A DNA stretch of 64,000 bases. Source: Candidatus Poribacteria bacterium. GTDB taxonomy: Bacteria; Poribacteria; WGA-4E; WGA-3G. A program made the position numbers and the translations under genes. Below the pieces are notes generated by a model, which worked only from the letters and a program-made list of their open reading frames with translations, did no database searches and had not been told where the DNA came from. Positions within the stretch are counted from its first letter, which is position 1; each line of letters starts with the position of its first letter. This document shows, piece by piece, positions 46,669 to 56,855 of the stretch. The stretch covers positions 2,985,961-3,049,960 of the forward strand of contig CBDBPM010000002.1 of NCBI GenBank assembly GCA_965208735.1, written 5' to 3'.

Positions 46669-47682
46669 TTATTTTTCTTCTGAGGGGGCAACCTCACTTG
46701 TCGTTTCCGGGGTGGAATGGGGTTCTAAAGTTGATGAACCCGCTTGAGGTAAGTTACCAGTGAAATGAAGGAACACCTGCTCCAAATCCACAGACGCTTG
46801 CCGAAGTTCAACCAAATCCCACCCATTTTGCGCAACGGTCTGAAAGACGGTTTCAGCTGTATTGTCGCTTTCTGGCGTTGCAGTGATTTCATAGCTGACA
46901 GTGCCATTATCTGTATTGACAGGTATACACTCGGCGACGCACTCCAATTCGTGCAGTTTTACCGTAATTTCTGTTTCCTGTCCGTGGATAACGACGTGCC
47001 ACTTGTCTTCAACCCGAACCTGGCTAATAAGTTCCTCAAGCGTCCCATTTGCAACAATTTCGCCACGGTTAATAATAAGGATTCGGCTGCAGGTCGCAGC
47101 CACTTCTGGTAGAATATGCGTGCTGAAGAGCACCAGTTTTTCTTTGCCGATTTCCTTAATCAGGTTGCGGATTTCAATCGTTTGGCTTGGGTCAAGCCCG
47201 GAGGTAGGCTCGTCTAAAATTAGGATAGGTGGATCGTGGATGAGGCTTTGTGCTAATCCGACGCGTTGCCGGTAGCCTTTTGAGAGTTCGCCAATGTCTT
47301 TTTGGATAACACCCTCAAGTCCACAAGTATCAATAACCGATTTTACTCTATCTTTCCGTTGGCTTCTCGGAATGCCCCGAATTTCTGTCATAAAATTGAG
47401 ATATTCGAGGATACCCATATCCGCGTAGAGCGGCGCACTCTCCGGTAGGTATCCAACGCTTCTTCTGACATCAATGGAGTTTTCAAGGACATCATAACCC
47501 GCAACAGTGGCACTCCCAGCATCCGCCGTAAGATAGCAGGTAAGGATGCGCATCGTTGTGGTTTTGCCCGCACCATTGGGACCGATGAACCCGACGACTT
47601 CGCCAAGGTGTGCGTCGAACGAGACTTTGTTGACAGCAACCGTCGGACCATAGGATTTTGTGAGCTCTCTGACTTCAATCAT
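46669..47682 (-). CDS. ABC transporter ATP-binding protein (GldA-like)
   Basis: Walker A GPNGAGKTT, signature LSKGYRQRV, Walker B LILDEPTSGLD, H-loop. Start set at MIEVRELTKSYG; the track ORF extends 54 codons upstream. Confidence 0.8.
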   Translation of the reverse strand: MIEVRELTKSYGPTVAVNKVSFDAHLGEVVGFIGPNGAGKTTTMRILTCYLTADAGSATVAGYDVLENSIDVRRSVGYLPESAPLYADMGILEYLNFMTEIRGIPRSQRKDRVKSVIDTCGLEGVIQKDIGELSKGYRQRVGLAQSLIHDPPILILDEPTSGLDPSQTIEIRNLIKEIGKEKLVLFSTHILPEVAATCSRILIINRGEIVANGTLEELISQVRVEDKWHVVIHGQETEITVKLHELECVAECIPVNTDNGTVSYEITATPESDNTAETVFQTVAQNGWDLVELRQASVDLEQVFLHFTGNLPQAGSSTLEPHSTPETTSEVAPSEEK

Positions 47683-47834
47683 ACTTCTAAAGTGGTAGGC
47701 GGTCAACGGGAGGAGTCGCCTCCCGACGTGCCTTAAAAGATGGGATAGATATATGTTTAAAATAATAGCATAGAATTTGCCGAATGTCAAGAAAAAATTA
47801 ATATAAAATCGTAGCGATTTGGGCTGTTGAACCA

Positions 47835-49766
47835 TTAAATCCAACTATACACTGACGACCTCAGCACAAGGCTCAGCAGGGGCCAGAAACATCCCATCAA
47901 TGCCTCACCTAACACCAGACCGATGAAAAAAGGCACCGCTTTCCGATAGGCATTGATTCCGCCATGTTTCAAGATGAGCCATTTTGTTACCATCGCAAGA
48001 AGCAGCGGAAACCAGATGATATCTGTTGTCCCTGGTGCAACGCCGATAACGTATCCTGCTGGATGCAACGGACACCACACAAAACGCGAGCGTAGAAACA
48101 TAATACCCAAATTCGCTGCAAACGTCAAACCTAACACCGAGGTCGCGAGCCAGTCTGTCGGTTTCGGATTCACTAACCACGACGATAGGAAGTTATATGT
48201 GTCAGCACCACCGGCGTGAATTTGCTCTGAACCTGCAGCCACGCCTTCGCTATAAATCGCGTAAGGATAGAGAATCAGGCTTGATAGGATACCGACGAGG
48301 CTCGCGATGACTAAAACAGTGAACATCGTTCGGTTTCGGATACCAGCACGCTCGCCGAGTTTGAACGCCTCTAATTGCTCTGGCATCGGGTGTGTTCGGA
48401 AAGAGGCGTAACTTGCACCGCTGAGCCAATTCATGAGCGAGAGCATCGTTAGGTTACCCGGACGCAAACGCCGTGTACCGAGTAACGAGATCATCATATA
48501 CTGTGGCGTAAGATAACCGATGGCGTGTATCGGTGGTCCCAATTCTGCTCGCATCCGAGTTAATCCGACGACGATCATTAGGTAGATACCGATATAAATC
48601 GCAAATGCCCACAGCGACATCCCGCCACGGATGCAGAAAACCGCGAGGAGCAGGAGACAAACCCCGAGCGTTATCACGGCACTCCGATATGAGAGTGCCT
48701 CGGTTCGCTCTTCGGCTCGATTTGGACGAACGACTTGTCTCAGCACAGACGCGAAGTGCTTTCGCGCATGCCAGCACGCAATCGCAAGCAGTGCCAATAA
48801 CGCACCTGCCCCCTGTTCTCCAAGAAATGGGTAACCTGGAAACGTTGCGATACCGGCGGCACTCCCGAATAGCAGTTGTACCTTTTTCATCAAGTAGAAG
48901 AACGCACACGAAAACGCTAAATCCAACGGCAGAATGAACGAGAAACCGATCAGATACGGATGGAACCGGAGCGGTGTGCTGCCCATGGCGTTCCACGGTT
49001 TCTGTGTGAAATAGATATTAAGATCGTACTTTCGGACCGGAATCTCCGGAAGGACAGGAAAGAAATACTGCAGCCCGTTGAGCAAATTAATGCCCATTGC
49101 TATCCCGAAACCAATCCAAAGCAAATTATTTCTAAAAATGCTTCGGTTGGTGGTAATTTCTAACGGAATCTGGATGATCGGATACGCGAGTTTTTCATTT
49201 TCGATCCACTGCTTGCGAAGGAGCGCAGTCAAGCAGAGAAAGATAAGCATCAGCAGGAAGATTACCGCGGACCAAGAGAGGATCGGTATAATCCAGTGCT
49301 CCATATAACCTTCCGTGAAGAAGTTTACCTCGCCTTCATAGAAGTCAGTAACTGTTTTCGGGTGTTTCACCACAAGCCATTCAGGGAGATGGTGAAAAAG
49401 GAGTGCCTCCCAATCGTTTTCCGGTGTCGCGAAGCGGAAGGCATAAGGGATAAGTCCCATCAGACGTGGAATACAGTCGTGTCCTGAAAACGCGCTACCG
49501 ACAGCGAGCATACTATATACCACAAGAAGGTCGCGCGGCTCCAAGGCGATCCGTGGAAAGATACGCCGTACACCGATGTTCAACAGCGTCATCGCCAAAA
49601 TGCCGAACATGACATTGACAGACATCGCAACTGTTGTCAGATGCGCGGTGTGCCAAATCATCTCGACATAAGCGATCCAGTAACTATTCCCAATGATAAG
49701 GATAGTGCCAATCAGCACTGCGCGTTTCGCAATTGCTTGCGAGGCGCGTGAGTCCGTAGTGTGCAT
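47835..49766 (-). CDS. Large polytopic membrane protein (643 aa), function unknown
   Basis: At least 14 hydrophobic segments. Lies directly upstream of the ABC cluster on the same strand. Confidence 0.45.
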   Translation of the reverse strand: MHTTDSRASQAIAKRAVLIGTILIIGNSYWIAYVEMIWHTAHLTTVAMSVNVMFGILAMTLLNIGVRRIFPRIALEPRDLLVVYSMLAVGSAFSGHDCIPRLMGLIPYAFRFATPENDWEALLFHHLPEWLVVKHPKTVTDFYEGEVNFFTEGYMEHWIIPILSWSAVIFLLMLIFLCLTALLRKQWIENEKLAYPIIQIPLEITTNRSIFRNNLLWIGFGIAMGINLLNGLQYFFPVLPEIPVRKYDLNIYFTQKPWNAMGSTPLRFHPYLIGFSFILPLDLAFSCAFFYLMKKVQLLFGSAAGIATFPGYPFLGEQGAGALLALLAIACWHARKHFASVLRQVVRPNRAEERTEALSYRSAVITLGVCLLLLAVFCIRGGMSLWAFAIYIGIYLMIVVGLTRMRAELGPPIHAIGYLTPQYMMISLLGTRRLRPGNLTMLSLMNWLSGASYASFRTHPMPEQLEAFKLGERAGIRNRTMFTVLVIASLVGILSSLILYPYAIYSEGVAAGSEQIHAGGADTYNFLSSWLVNPKPTDWLATSVLGLTFAANLGIMFLRSRFVWCPLHPAGYVIGVAPGTTDIIWFPLLLAMVTKWLILKHGGINAYRKAVPFFIGLVLGEALMGCFWPLLSLVLRSSVYSWI

Positions 49767-50046
49767 ATTTCAAGGAGAAGAACGATACCCGTTAGCTTTC
49801 TTGTCAATTCGGTTGTGACCTGTAAAAACTAAGGGTTCTGATGTATCTCTTGGTTAGGAAACTTGGGTTGTAAAGTAGACGCGGTATTATAGAACGTGTC
49901 TTGTGAGTTTATTGAAATTGCAGATATTTTTCTTTACTGTATTCACTCAATATGTTATACTAAATGGAGACGCTTGTCAAGATTTTTGTCCAAATTGGTT
50001 GAATGTTCTGAATCGAATTAGCAATTTTTCATACGGAGATTTTGGG

Positions 50047-51159
50047 ATGGAATTAACTTTTGAAAAAGATGACCTGTTATACGCCTTACAGGTACTGCAG
50101 GGGGTCGCAGGGGGGCGGAATGCCTTACCTATCCTCTCGAATGTTCTCATCCGAGCGGAGGATAGCACGATTGAGTGTATGGCGACAGATTTGGAAGTCG
50201 GCATTAAAATGAAGGTTGATGGGGAAGTCAAAGAAGGAGGGGCAATCACTGTCTCTGCCAAGAAGTTGGGGGATATTGTCAAAGAGCTGCCTGCCGATAA
50301 ATCGATAGACTTGGTAACGACAGCAAACGACCGCGTTGAAATTACGTGCGGCGATGGTGTTTACAAGATTATCGGGATGCCCGATGAAGAATTCCCGCAG
50401 CTGCCTTCTGTGGAAGGCGAAGCGTTGTCGATAGGTGGAGAGACGTTGGTCGGTGTTATTCAAAAAACGGAATTTGCTGCATCTACAGAGGAGGTTCGTT
50501 ATTTTCTAAACGGACTCTACTTTAATCTCCTTGCGGACAAGACCGAAGTCGTTGCGACTGATGGGAGACGCCTTGCCCTGACACACTGCGAGCCGCTCAA
50601 CGCATCCGGGGAAGCCAACGGGTTCATCGTCCCACTCAAGGCGGTTCGAGAGATCGCCAGAACCTTTGCCGATGCTGGCGAAGTGGAGGTCTCCGTTTTT
50701 GAGAGCCAAATTCTTTTTACCGATGGGAATGCTACCTTGACGACGCGGCTCGTGGAGGGCGAGTATCCGAAGTATGAGAAGATTATTCCTGAATCCACTG
50801 AGGGGCGAACGGTCGTTTCAAGAGACCAGATTTTGAGCGCAACGCGGCGCGTGGCATTGTTGGCAAACCCAAAGAACTTTTCGATCTGTTTAGAGATTGA
50901 CACGGAACAGGTTCGGGTTTATGCAAGAACCCCTGAATTGGGGGAGGCACACGAGACGGTGCCTGTAGAGTCCGGGAACGGGAATGTGAGGATCGGTTTT
51001 GATGCTCGTTTGTTGGTAGAGGCATTGGCGCACATTGAAAGCGCGTCTTTGGCGATTGAGTTTACAGGCGAGTTGGACCCTGTTCTTATTAAGCCGGTCA
51101 GCGATGATACGTATATCTCGCTCATCATGCCGATGCGTCTGGAAGCACCTGCAGCATAA
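50047..51159 (+). CDS. dnaN: DNA polymerase III beta subunit (sliding clamp)
   Basis: MELTFEKDDLLYALQVLQGVAGGRNALPILSNVLIRAED... and a three-domain length (371 aa). Start moved to the ATG at 50047; the track ORF begins 48 codons upstream. Confidence 0.85.
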   Translation: MELTFEKDDLLYALQVLQGVAGGRNALPILSNVLIRAEDSTIECMATDLEVGIKMKVDGEVKEGGAITVSAKKLGDIVKELPADKSIDLVTTANDRVEITCGDGVYKIIGMPDEEFPQLPSVEGEALSIGGETLVGVIQKTEFAASTEEVRYFLNGLYFNLLADKTEVVATDGRRLALTHCEPLNASGEANGFIVPLKAVREIARTFADAGEVEVSVFESQILFTDGNATLTTRLVEGEYPKYEKIIPESTEGRTVVSRDQILSATRRVALLANPKNFSICLEIDTEQVRVYARTPELGEAHETVPVESGNGNVRIGFDARLLVEALAHIESASLAIEFTGELDPVLIKPVSDDTYISLIMPMRLEAPAA

Positions 51160-51215
51160 GAGATGTGATTTTTATAGCATACGTGCCGTTGGCGCGGAAA
51201 ATAAGCCTTTATTTG

Positions 51216-51246
51216 CTGGCGAGGTTTGAAACCTCGCCAGTTTTTG
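51216..51246 (+). terminator. Rho-independent terminator of dnaN: ctggcgaggttt-ga-aacctcgccag followed by TTTTT
   Basis: 11-bp stem and a U-run, about 55 nt after the dnaN stop. A near-identical hairpin is at 58182. Confidence 0.6.
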
Positions 51247-51397
51247 GTACCTGTACCGTCTTTATCTGAAAGCCCGGATGGGATGCCGTATCGCGTCTGG
51301 ACACGATACGGCACTCACGCCTAAATTCTATCACCATAGATGTCAATTTAGGGTTTCCGTAGGTGTTTTTGAAGTCTTCAATATTTCCGCGTAGAAT

Positions 51398-51469
51398 CCG
51401 GTTCGGTTAGGAAACCGAACCTACCGAGTCTGGGGTAGCATCCGGTTCGGTTAGGAAATCGAACCTACC
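51398..51469. repeat. Two tandem GGTAG-hairpin family copies in inverted orientation (ccggttcggttaggaaaccgaacctacc and ccggttcggttaggaaatcgaacctaccc)
   Basis: Read in sequence; they are reverse complements of the copy at 35836. Confidence 0.7.
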
Positions 51470-51490
51470 CGACATGGGTCTGATGAGACT

Positions 51491-52393
51491 TTAATCCATT
51501 TCCACGCCAGACATCTGTTCCAACGCTAACATCAGAGCCTGTGTGCCTAACCTACCGTGTCCCTGCGCCTGCACCGCCGTGTAAAGTTGATGCACTAATG
51601 CAAGTCCGGGTAAGCTTAGGTTCATCTTACGCGCCTCGTCCAAGGCGATGCTCATGTCTTTGATGAAATGCTCTACGAAGAAACCGGGATCGAAGTTCCG
51701 TTGCAGAACGCGTGGCGCGAGGTTATCCAGGGACCAGCAGGCAGCCGCACCGCCACTAATTGAGGACAGCATCGTCTCCAAATCCAGACCGGCTTTGTGG
51801 CCATAGATGAGTCCCTCACAAACCCCGATCATCGTTCCCGAAATCGTGATCTGATTACACATTTTCGTGTGTTGTCCAGCACCTGCACCGCCTTGGTGAA
51901 CAATATTCTTTCCCATCGCTTCAAAAAGTGGCATCACGGTTTGCACGGCATCTTCATCGCCACCGACCATAATAGAGAGGCGTGCCTCTTTCGCACCGAC
52001 ATCGCCACCTGAGACGGGAGCATCTACTGAGGAGATATCTTGTGCTTGCGCGGCGGCGTAAATCTCTTGTGCAAGGGAGGGTTCCGTTGTCGTCATATCG
52101 ACGACGATGCTGCCGGGTTTCGTGCCTTTTAAGATACCGTTATCGCCGAGATAGACCTCACGGACATCGGGTGGAAATCCGACAATCGTAAAAACAATAT
52201 CGGAAGCCGCTGCGACATCACTGGGTGAGTCTGCCCATGCTGCGCCTGCGTCCAAAAGTGGATCCGCCTTCGCTTTTGTACGGTTATAGACCGTCATCCC
52301 ATATCCCAAGTCCATCAGATGTTGGCACATCCAACGTCCCATCACGCCGGTGCCGATCCAACCGAGTTTGGTCGTTGTAGGTTCAATTTTCAT
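51491..52393 (-). CDS. NAD(P)-dependent oxidoreductase of the 3-hydroxyisobutyrate dehydrogenase / 6PGDH-like family
   Basis: N-terminal [12 protein letters not shown] Rossmann motif and catalytic Lys context ...SGTMIG...; 300 aa. Confidence 0.7.
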   Translation of the reverse strand: MKIEPTTTKLGWIGTGVMGRWMCQHLMDLGYGMTVYNRTKAKADPLLDAGAAWADSPSDVAAASDIVFTIVGFPPDVREVYLGDNGILKGTKPGSIVVDMTTTEPSLAQEIYAAAQAQDISSVDAPVSGGDVGAKEARLSIMVGGDEDAVQTVMPLFEAMGKNIVHQGGAGAGQHTKMCNQITISGTMIGVCEGLIYGHKAGLDLETMLSSISGGAAACWSLDNLAPRVLQRNFDPGFFVEHFIKDMSIALDEARKMNLSLPGLALVHQLYTAVQAQGHGRLGTQALMLALEQMSGVEMD

Positions 52394-52452
52394 AATATTC
52401 CTTTCTTATACCCTTTTTTATCCATTGAGTTTCGGCTAAAACAGGATAAATC

Positions 52453-53520
52453 TTACGACATGGTGTCTTTAGCCATGTCTTTTTTGTTGCCTCTAAAATC
52501 TTTAGTTACTTGTAAACCGATTATAATACCGCCAACAACGACAGCACAATAGATACTGAAAAATCGTGTCAGCAGGACGAAAAGAGGTATCAATTCTTTG
52601 GAAATTAGGTTCTCCATGAGTCCGACGGTTACCACTTCTGCGACTCCACTTGCACCGGGACTGGGTGCGAACAGTACAACAAAGTTTAGCACCAATCCAA
52701 TGACACAGAGTTCCCAAAGCGTTGTGTTTCCGTTAAGTGCTTGGGCGACTATGTAGCTGCCGACGATCCGTGCGCCAATGAAACCGCAGGTCAAAGGCAC
52801 ACTCAGCGCGCACGTCCATTTGTGATCACGGAGAAACAGGGTCGCGAACGTTTTGTGTTCAGTCGTCAGTTGTTCCACTTTTAATGTAGCGCGTTCTAAG
52901 ACAGGTGCGAGGCGTGTGAACCTTCGCTGCGCAATGCCACAAAGCCAGTGAAAAAAACGGAAGACAATTTCCGGCTTGAAAAGCAGTAAGATAAATAGTG
53001 CGAATACTAATCCGAACGTCACAAAACTAAATAGACTTACCCATGTAGCCCCTTTTGGTAGAAAAGGCGGATCCAACCAGAGGATCGTGCCTGCACAGAG
53101 GATGAGGCTGATAAGTGTTGAGAGAAAGCAGATAATACCTGATGTGATCGCACCTGACAGCGGGACACCTGCCCGTGCATAGATGTAGAGATGACCGACC
53201 CCACCCGTCTGGAAGGGTGTAATAGCAGAGACACAAAGGGTTGCTAAATTCGCACGGATGCTGTCCCGGAATCGGATCATTGGCACCAATTTTCGGATGA
53301 AAATATGGAAACGAAGTGCTCCGAACAGCCAATCTACAAACATACACAGGCAAGCACCGAGGAGCATCTCAACTCGCATCTCGATAAAAACCCGCTTTAT
53401 ATCTTGACCACCGCTCCACAAAAAACTGACGAATAATCCAGCGAATGTACACACCACAAAAAGAAGCGTCCCGCGAACCACATTTTCTCGGTTCAGGGAG
53501 CGGTTCAAGAATTCCTGCAT
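52453..53520 (-). CDS. UPF0104 / lysylphosphatidylglycerol-synthase-TM-region-like (flippase-like) membrane protein
   Basis: 355 aa with about 8 TM helices; ...TPFQTGGVGHLY... resembles the conserved motif of this family. Confidence 0.4.
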   Translation of the reverse strand: MQEFLNRSLNRENVVRGTLLFVVCTFAGLFVSFLWSGGQDIKRVFIEMRVEMLLGACLCMFVDWLFGALRFHIFIRKLVPMIRFRDSIRANLATLCVSAITPFQTGGVGHLYIYARAGVPLSGAITSGIICFLSTLISLILCAGTILWLDPPFLPKGATWVSLFSFVTFGLVFALFILLLFKPEIVFRFFHWLCGIAQRRFTRLAPVLERATLKVEQLTTEHKTFATLFLRDHKWTCALSVPLTCGFIGARIVGSYIVAQALNGNTTLWELCVIGLVLNFVVLFAPSPGASGVAEVVTVGLMENLISKELIPLFVLLTRFFSIYCAVVVGGIIIGLQVTKDFRGNKKDMAKDTMS

Positions 53521-53731
53521 TGAGAATTAAATTTCCTTATATTTAAAATACCTTGCGGTTCAGTAAGGTCTATCGGTATTTTCAAGTACTTCTCCGTTGA
53601 TCCGTCTTGGTGCGTTGCTTGGGACTCCACTATAGTAAAACCTATAATTAATGGGTCACTCTCAAACAGTCTGAATACCTATAACAGGCATTCAGACTGG
53701 CACAACCTAACAGGTTATGCTACAAAGAGGT

Positions 53732-54577
53732 CTACTTGGCAAGGAGTGCCAGGTTTAGGCTAATATCCATCGGCATTGCCGAGTGCGTCAACGCACCGAC
53801 GGAGATGAAGTCTACACCCGTCGCCGCTACGGCTTTTACACTGTCGAGTGTAATCCCACCAGAGGCTTCCGTTACGGCTCGACTGCTCACTTCTTGCACG
53901 ACGCGCTGCATGATACCCGGTGGCATATTGTCAAGGAGTAAGATGTCCGCGCCTGCTTCGAGTGCTTCGTCAACCTGTTCGACAGTTTCGACCTCAACCT
54001 CAATCTTTGCTGTATGTGGAACGATTTGCCGTGCCCGCTGCACAGCATCGCCAATACCGCCAGCGGCAACGATGTGGTTATCCTTGATTAGAACACCGTC
54101 ATAGAGTCCAAATCGGTGGTTTCGCGCACCACCGACGCGCACGGCATATTTCTGAGCGGCTCGCCATCCCGCTGCGGTTTTCCGAGTGTCCACAATTTTG
54201 GTATCATAACCAGCAACGGCTTCCACAAATTGTGCGGTGAGTGTAGCGATGCCAGAGAGTCGCTGCAGAAAGTTGAGTGCCGTCCGTTCACCAATCAGAA
54301 TAGTTTTCGCGCTGCCTTGGACCTCAGCGATTGGCGTGCCTGCGGCAACTGCATCGCCGTCTTTGACACGTGTGCGAAATATCAGTGTTGGATCCAACTT
54401 CTCAAACACCCGCTCAGCGACCGGTAGTCCTGCGACAATGCCCTCACTCTTCGCAAGAAGTGTTCCTATACCTGTTTGTGTAGGCGGCACCGTTGCATCT
54501 GTTGTTATATCGCCGATACCGATGTCTTCTTCAAAAGCAAGTTCAATTAAGGGATCTAATGAACGCAGATTCAGCAT
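53732..54577 (-). CDS. nadC: Nicotinate-nucleotide pyrophosphorylase [carboxylating] (quinolinate phosphoribosyltransferase)
   Basis: 281 aa; ...DIGIGDITT..., ...LIKDNHI..., ...VEVEVETVEQ...LLDNM... are typical NadC motifs. Confidence 0.85.
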   Translation of the reverse strand: MLNLRSLDPLIELAFEEDIGIGDITTDATVPPTQTGIGTLLAKSEGIVAGLPVAERVFEKLDPTLIFRTRVKDGDAVAAGTPIAEVQGSAKTILIGERTALNFLQRLSGIATLTAQFVEAVAGYDTKIVDTRKTAAGWRAAQKYAVRVGGARNHRFGLYDGVLIKDNHIVAAGGIGDAVQRARQIVPHTAKIEVEVETVEQVDEALEAGADILLLDNMPPGIMQRVVQEVSSRAVTEASGGITLDSVKAVAATGVDFISVGALTHSAMPMDISLNLALLAK

Positions 54578-54596
54578 TTTTAATGGTTATTGGGCA

Positions 54597-55523
54597 CTAA
54601 TACCGTTCCAGATAAGGGGTTAGGAACTTCTTCGCATCTTCTGTGACATCCCACGCGTTGGGCCAGAAACAGAGATCGATAGAGAACCAATCCCCATCGT
54701 ACCCGGTCTCGTCCATGATAACAGGGATAATAGCGTCGAAGTCCAGCACGCCATCTCCGAAGGGAGCATGTGTGCTTGTTTCATCACCATGGAGCGTGTT
54801 GTCGGAATCGATGAGGTGGAAGTGCCCAATTTGACCCTTGAGCTGCCGTGCAAGATCAATCACGCCGTTATCGCCAAGAATCTCCTGTTCACCGTGCTGC
54901 CGTGCACCGACGACTGCGCACATTTGCGCGTGGCATGTATCAAACATTACTTTGAAATTTGGGTGATCGACAGCTTTCGGCATATTAATAATATCGCTGG
55001 GTTTGTTGAACATAAATCCGGGTTCAAATTCCCAGAGCATCAGCACACCGTGGTCTTCAGCGGCTTGCGCGCAACGTCTCCAGACAGAGACGATCCGATC
55101 CCATGCTTTCTCCCACTCAACCCCCGGAATGCCTTCTTCGGGATCATTGACGGTATCTACCCGAATAGCAGGCGATCCGAGATCCAAGGCGAGTTGGAGA
55201 TTCTGTCTGAACAGTTTGAAGTATTTATCGTCCTCTTGCGCCTCATCTGTAGCAGGCCCCGGGTGCGACCAGAAGTCCGCGGCTAAGCCAGAAACTTCCA
55301 AGCCGTAATAGGAGATTAAGCCTTTAACGGCATCCCGATCGCTTTTCATCGGATAGTCGTTAATATCAATATGCGGTTTGAATGCCCCGATTTCAACGCC
55401 GTCAAATTCCAGTTCGCTGAGACGCTTGACGACATCATCAAACGGGACAGGATTATCTTCGTAGGGACCAAATGCGTAAGCCCAACTTCCAATCGACAAT
55501 TTTTTTGCCATGTTTTTCTCCAA
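54597..55523 (-). CDS. Sugar phosphate isomerase/epimerase (xylose-isomerase-like TIM barrel), second paralogue
   Basis: 308 aa with TIM-barrel AP-endonuclease-2-like features (...FDGVEIG..., ...HLIDSD...). Confidence 0.6.
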   Translation of the reverse strand: MEKNMAKKLSIGSWAYAFGPYEDNPVPFDDVVKRLSELEFDGVEIGAFKPHIDINDYPMKSDRDAVKGLISYYGLEVSGLAADFWSHPGPATDEAQEDDKYFKLFRQNLQLALDLGSPAIRVDTVNDPEEGIPGVEWEKAWDRIVSVWRRCAQAAEDHGVLMLWEFEPGFMFNKPSDIINMPKAVDHPNFKVMFDTCHAQMCAVVGARQHGEQEILGDNGVIDLARQLKGQIGHFHLIDSDNTLHGDETSTHAPFGDGVLDFDAIIPVIMDETGYDGDWFSIDLCFWPNAWDVTEDAKKFLTPYLERY

Positions 55524-55576
55524 ATTTTAAGCGCGATTTTGATTAAAAACTGACCGCGCGTCTCGGTAGAATATTC

Positions 55577-56794
55577 CTATGATACGTCCGTCACCAGCGT
55601 CTGAACCGCTGTTTCGAGTTCAAGGGTTATCTGCTCTACCATTTCTCTTTTTTGTGTTTTATAGGTATCGTAGCAGTCTCGGAGATTTTTGGGTTCACCG
55701 ACACGGAGTGATGCGACCCGCGGTCCCCGCATTTTTGCTGTACCAAACACTTCTCTTTCCAGCCGGATAATCACTTCGAGAAACCGTTCCTGTGAAGGTT
55801 CTTTGGCGACGTACCCGTCCGAAATCGCTATAAAATTAATTAACCGCTCCAGATCCGGATAGAATTGTTGGAATTTCTGGAGCAATTCTTCGTGTATCTT
55901 CTGTTCGTACTCGGTCATCTGCTCAACGTCTTTGTAGATTTCGGCATCGACCAGGTTTTTCAATGCGCGTACCCGTGTGAGCACATCGGCTTCAGTATGG
56001 ATGCCCATAATTTGTTCCGCATGGGATAGGATCTGCTCTTTCAGTTTTTGGATATGCACATCAAGCGGCACGGTTTCGTCCATCTTATATTTATATTCCG
56101 CTGCAAGCGTTCTAAGGACTGTGACACCGATGCGTCTCAATCGTTCGTAACGTTCTATTGACGTTCTTTCAACAGGCGGGAGGATAGCATGCTCTAACCT
56201 CGTGAGAGCGGTATCAATAGTGTTCCACATGTTTTGTGGATAATGATATTTGATCCCGATGGGGACGACATAAAGAGGTTTGTTGATCTCCGCTTTTTGC
56301 ATATCATCCAAAGCCCAGAAACAGAGTTGTGTAACGCCTCTCTCAAAGCGCATAACAGTATCGTTCTGCCGTGAAATTTCTCCCTCTCCGAAAATGACAA
56401 TAGGTGCATCGCCTTTGGTTAAAATTTCACGTGTTGTCCGAAAGGCGTTTCGGTCCGCGGTCCCACGTACAATCGAGTACGCACCTAACCACTGCAACAA
56501 AAGACCGCATAAGCCCTTGAATTTCCCTTTGTCGTATGTCTCTCGAGCAGTCATATAATAGTACCACTGAGAGAGTCGTTTGGACAAGAGAAACATAACG
56601 GCTGGATCCGCGTGTGCCGCGTGGTTCGGTGCCAACACGGTCGGATGTCCATCCGTCGTTTTCAAACGGGTAATGGATTCAGTATCGACCTCTATTGTTA
56701 ACCCGTTCAAATACAAACGGTTGATGAGCGGCATGAGGACTTTGGCAACTCGAATTGTGGTCGTATTCGGTTTAGGTGGTTTAAAGTCTAACAT
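55577..56794 (-). CDS. Lysophospholipid / glycerol-3-phosphate acyltransferase family protein (PlsC-like, HX4D)
   Basis: PNHAAHADP (H-x4-D) acyltransferase motif, ...FGEGEISR... block III-like, and a long C-terminal extension. Confidence 0.45.
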   Translation of the reverse strand: MLDFKPPKPNTTTIRVAKVLMPLINRLYLNGLTIEVDTESITRLKTTDGHPTVLAPNHAAHADPAVMFLLSKRLSQWYYYMTARETYDKGKFKGLCGLLLQWLGAYSIVRGTADRNAFRTTREILTKGDAPIVIFGEGEISRQNDTVMRFERGVTQLCFWALDDMQKAEINKPLYVVPIGIKYHYPQNMWNTIDTALTRLEHAILPPVERTSIERYERLRRIGVTVLRTLAAEYKYKMDETVPLDVHIQKLKEQILSHAEQIMGIHTEADVLTRVRALKNLVDAEIYKDVEQMTEYEQKIHEELLQKFQQFYPDLERLINFIAISDGYVAKEPSQERFLEVIIRLEREVFGTAKMRGPRVASLRVGEPKNLRDCYDTYKTQKREMVEQITLELETAVQTLVTDVS

Positions 56795-56855
56795 TGCGTA
56801 CTACCGTTTGCGTCACACAACAAGTTGTTACGGCATACGGCGTATGCCGACTACT

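Noticed and set aside
49903-50046. N-terminal 48-codon extension of the dnaN track ORF; the same logic applies to 47683-47844 for the ABC ATPase and 25047-25121 for the M24 peptidase
   Set aside because: The extensions are AT-rich leader sequence without homology to the respective families. Canonical N-termini begin at internal ATGs: MELTFEKDD for dnaN, MIEVRELTKSYG for the ATPase, MKITEIQNE for the peptidase.
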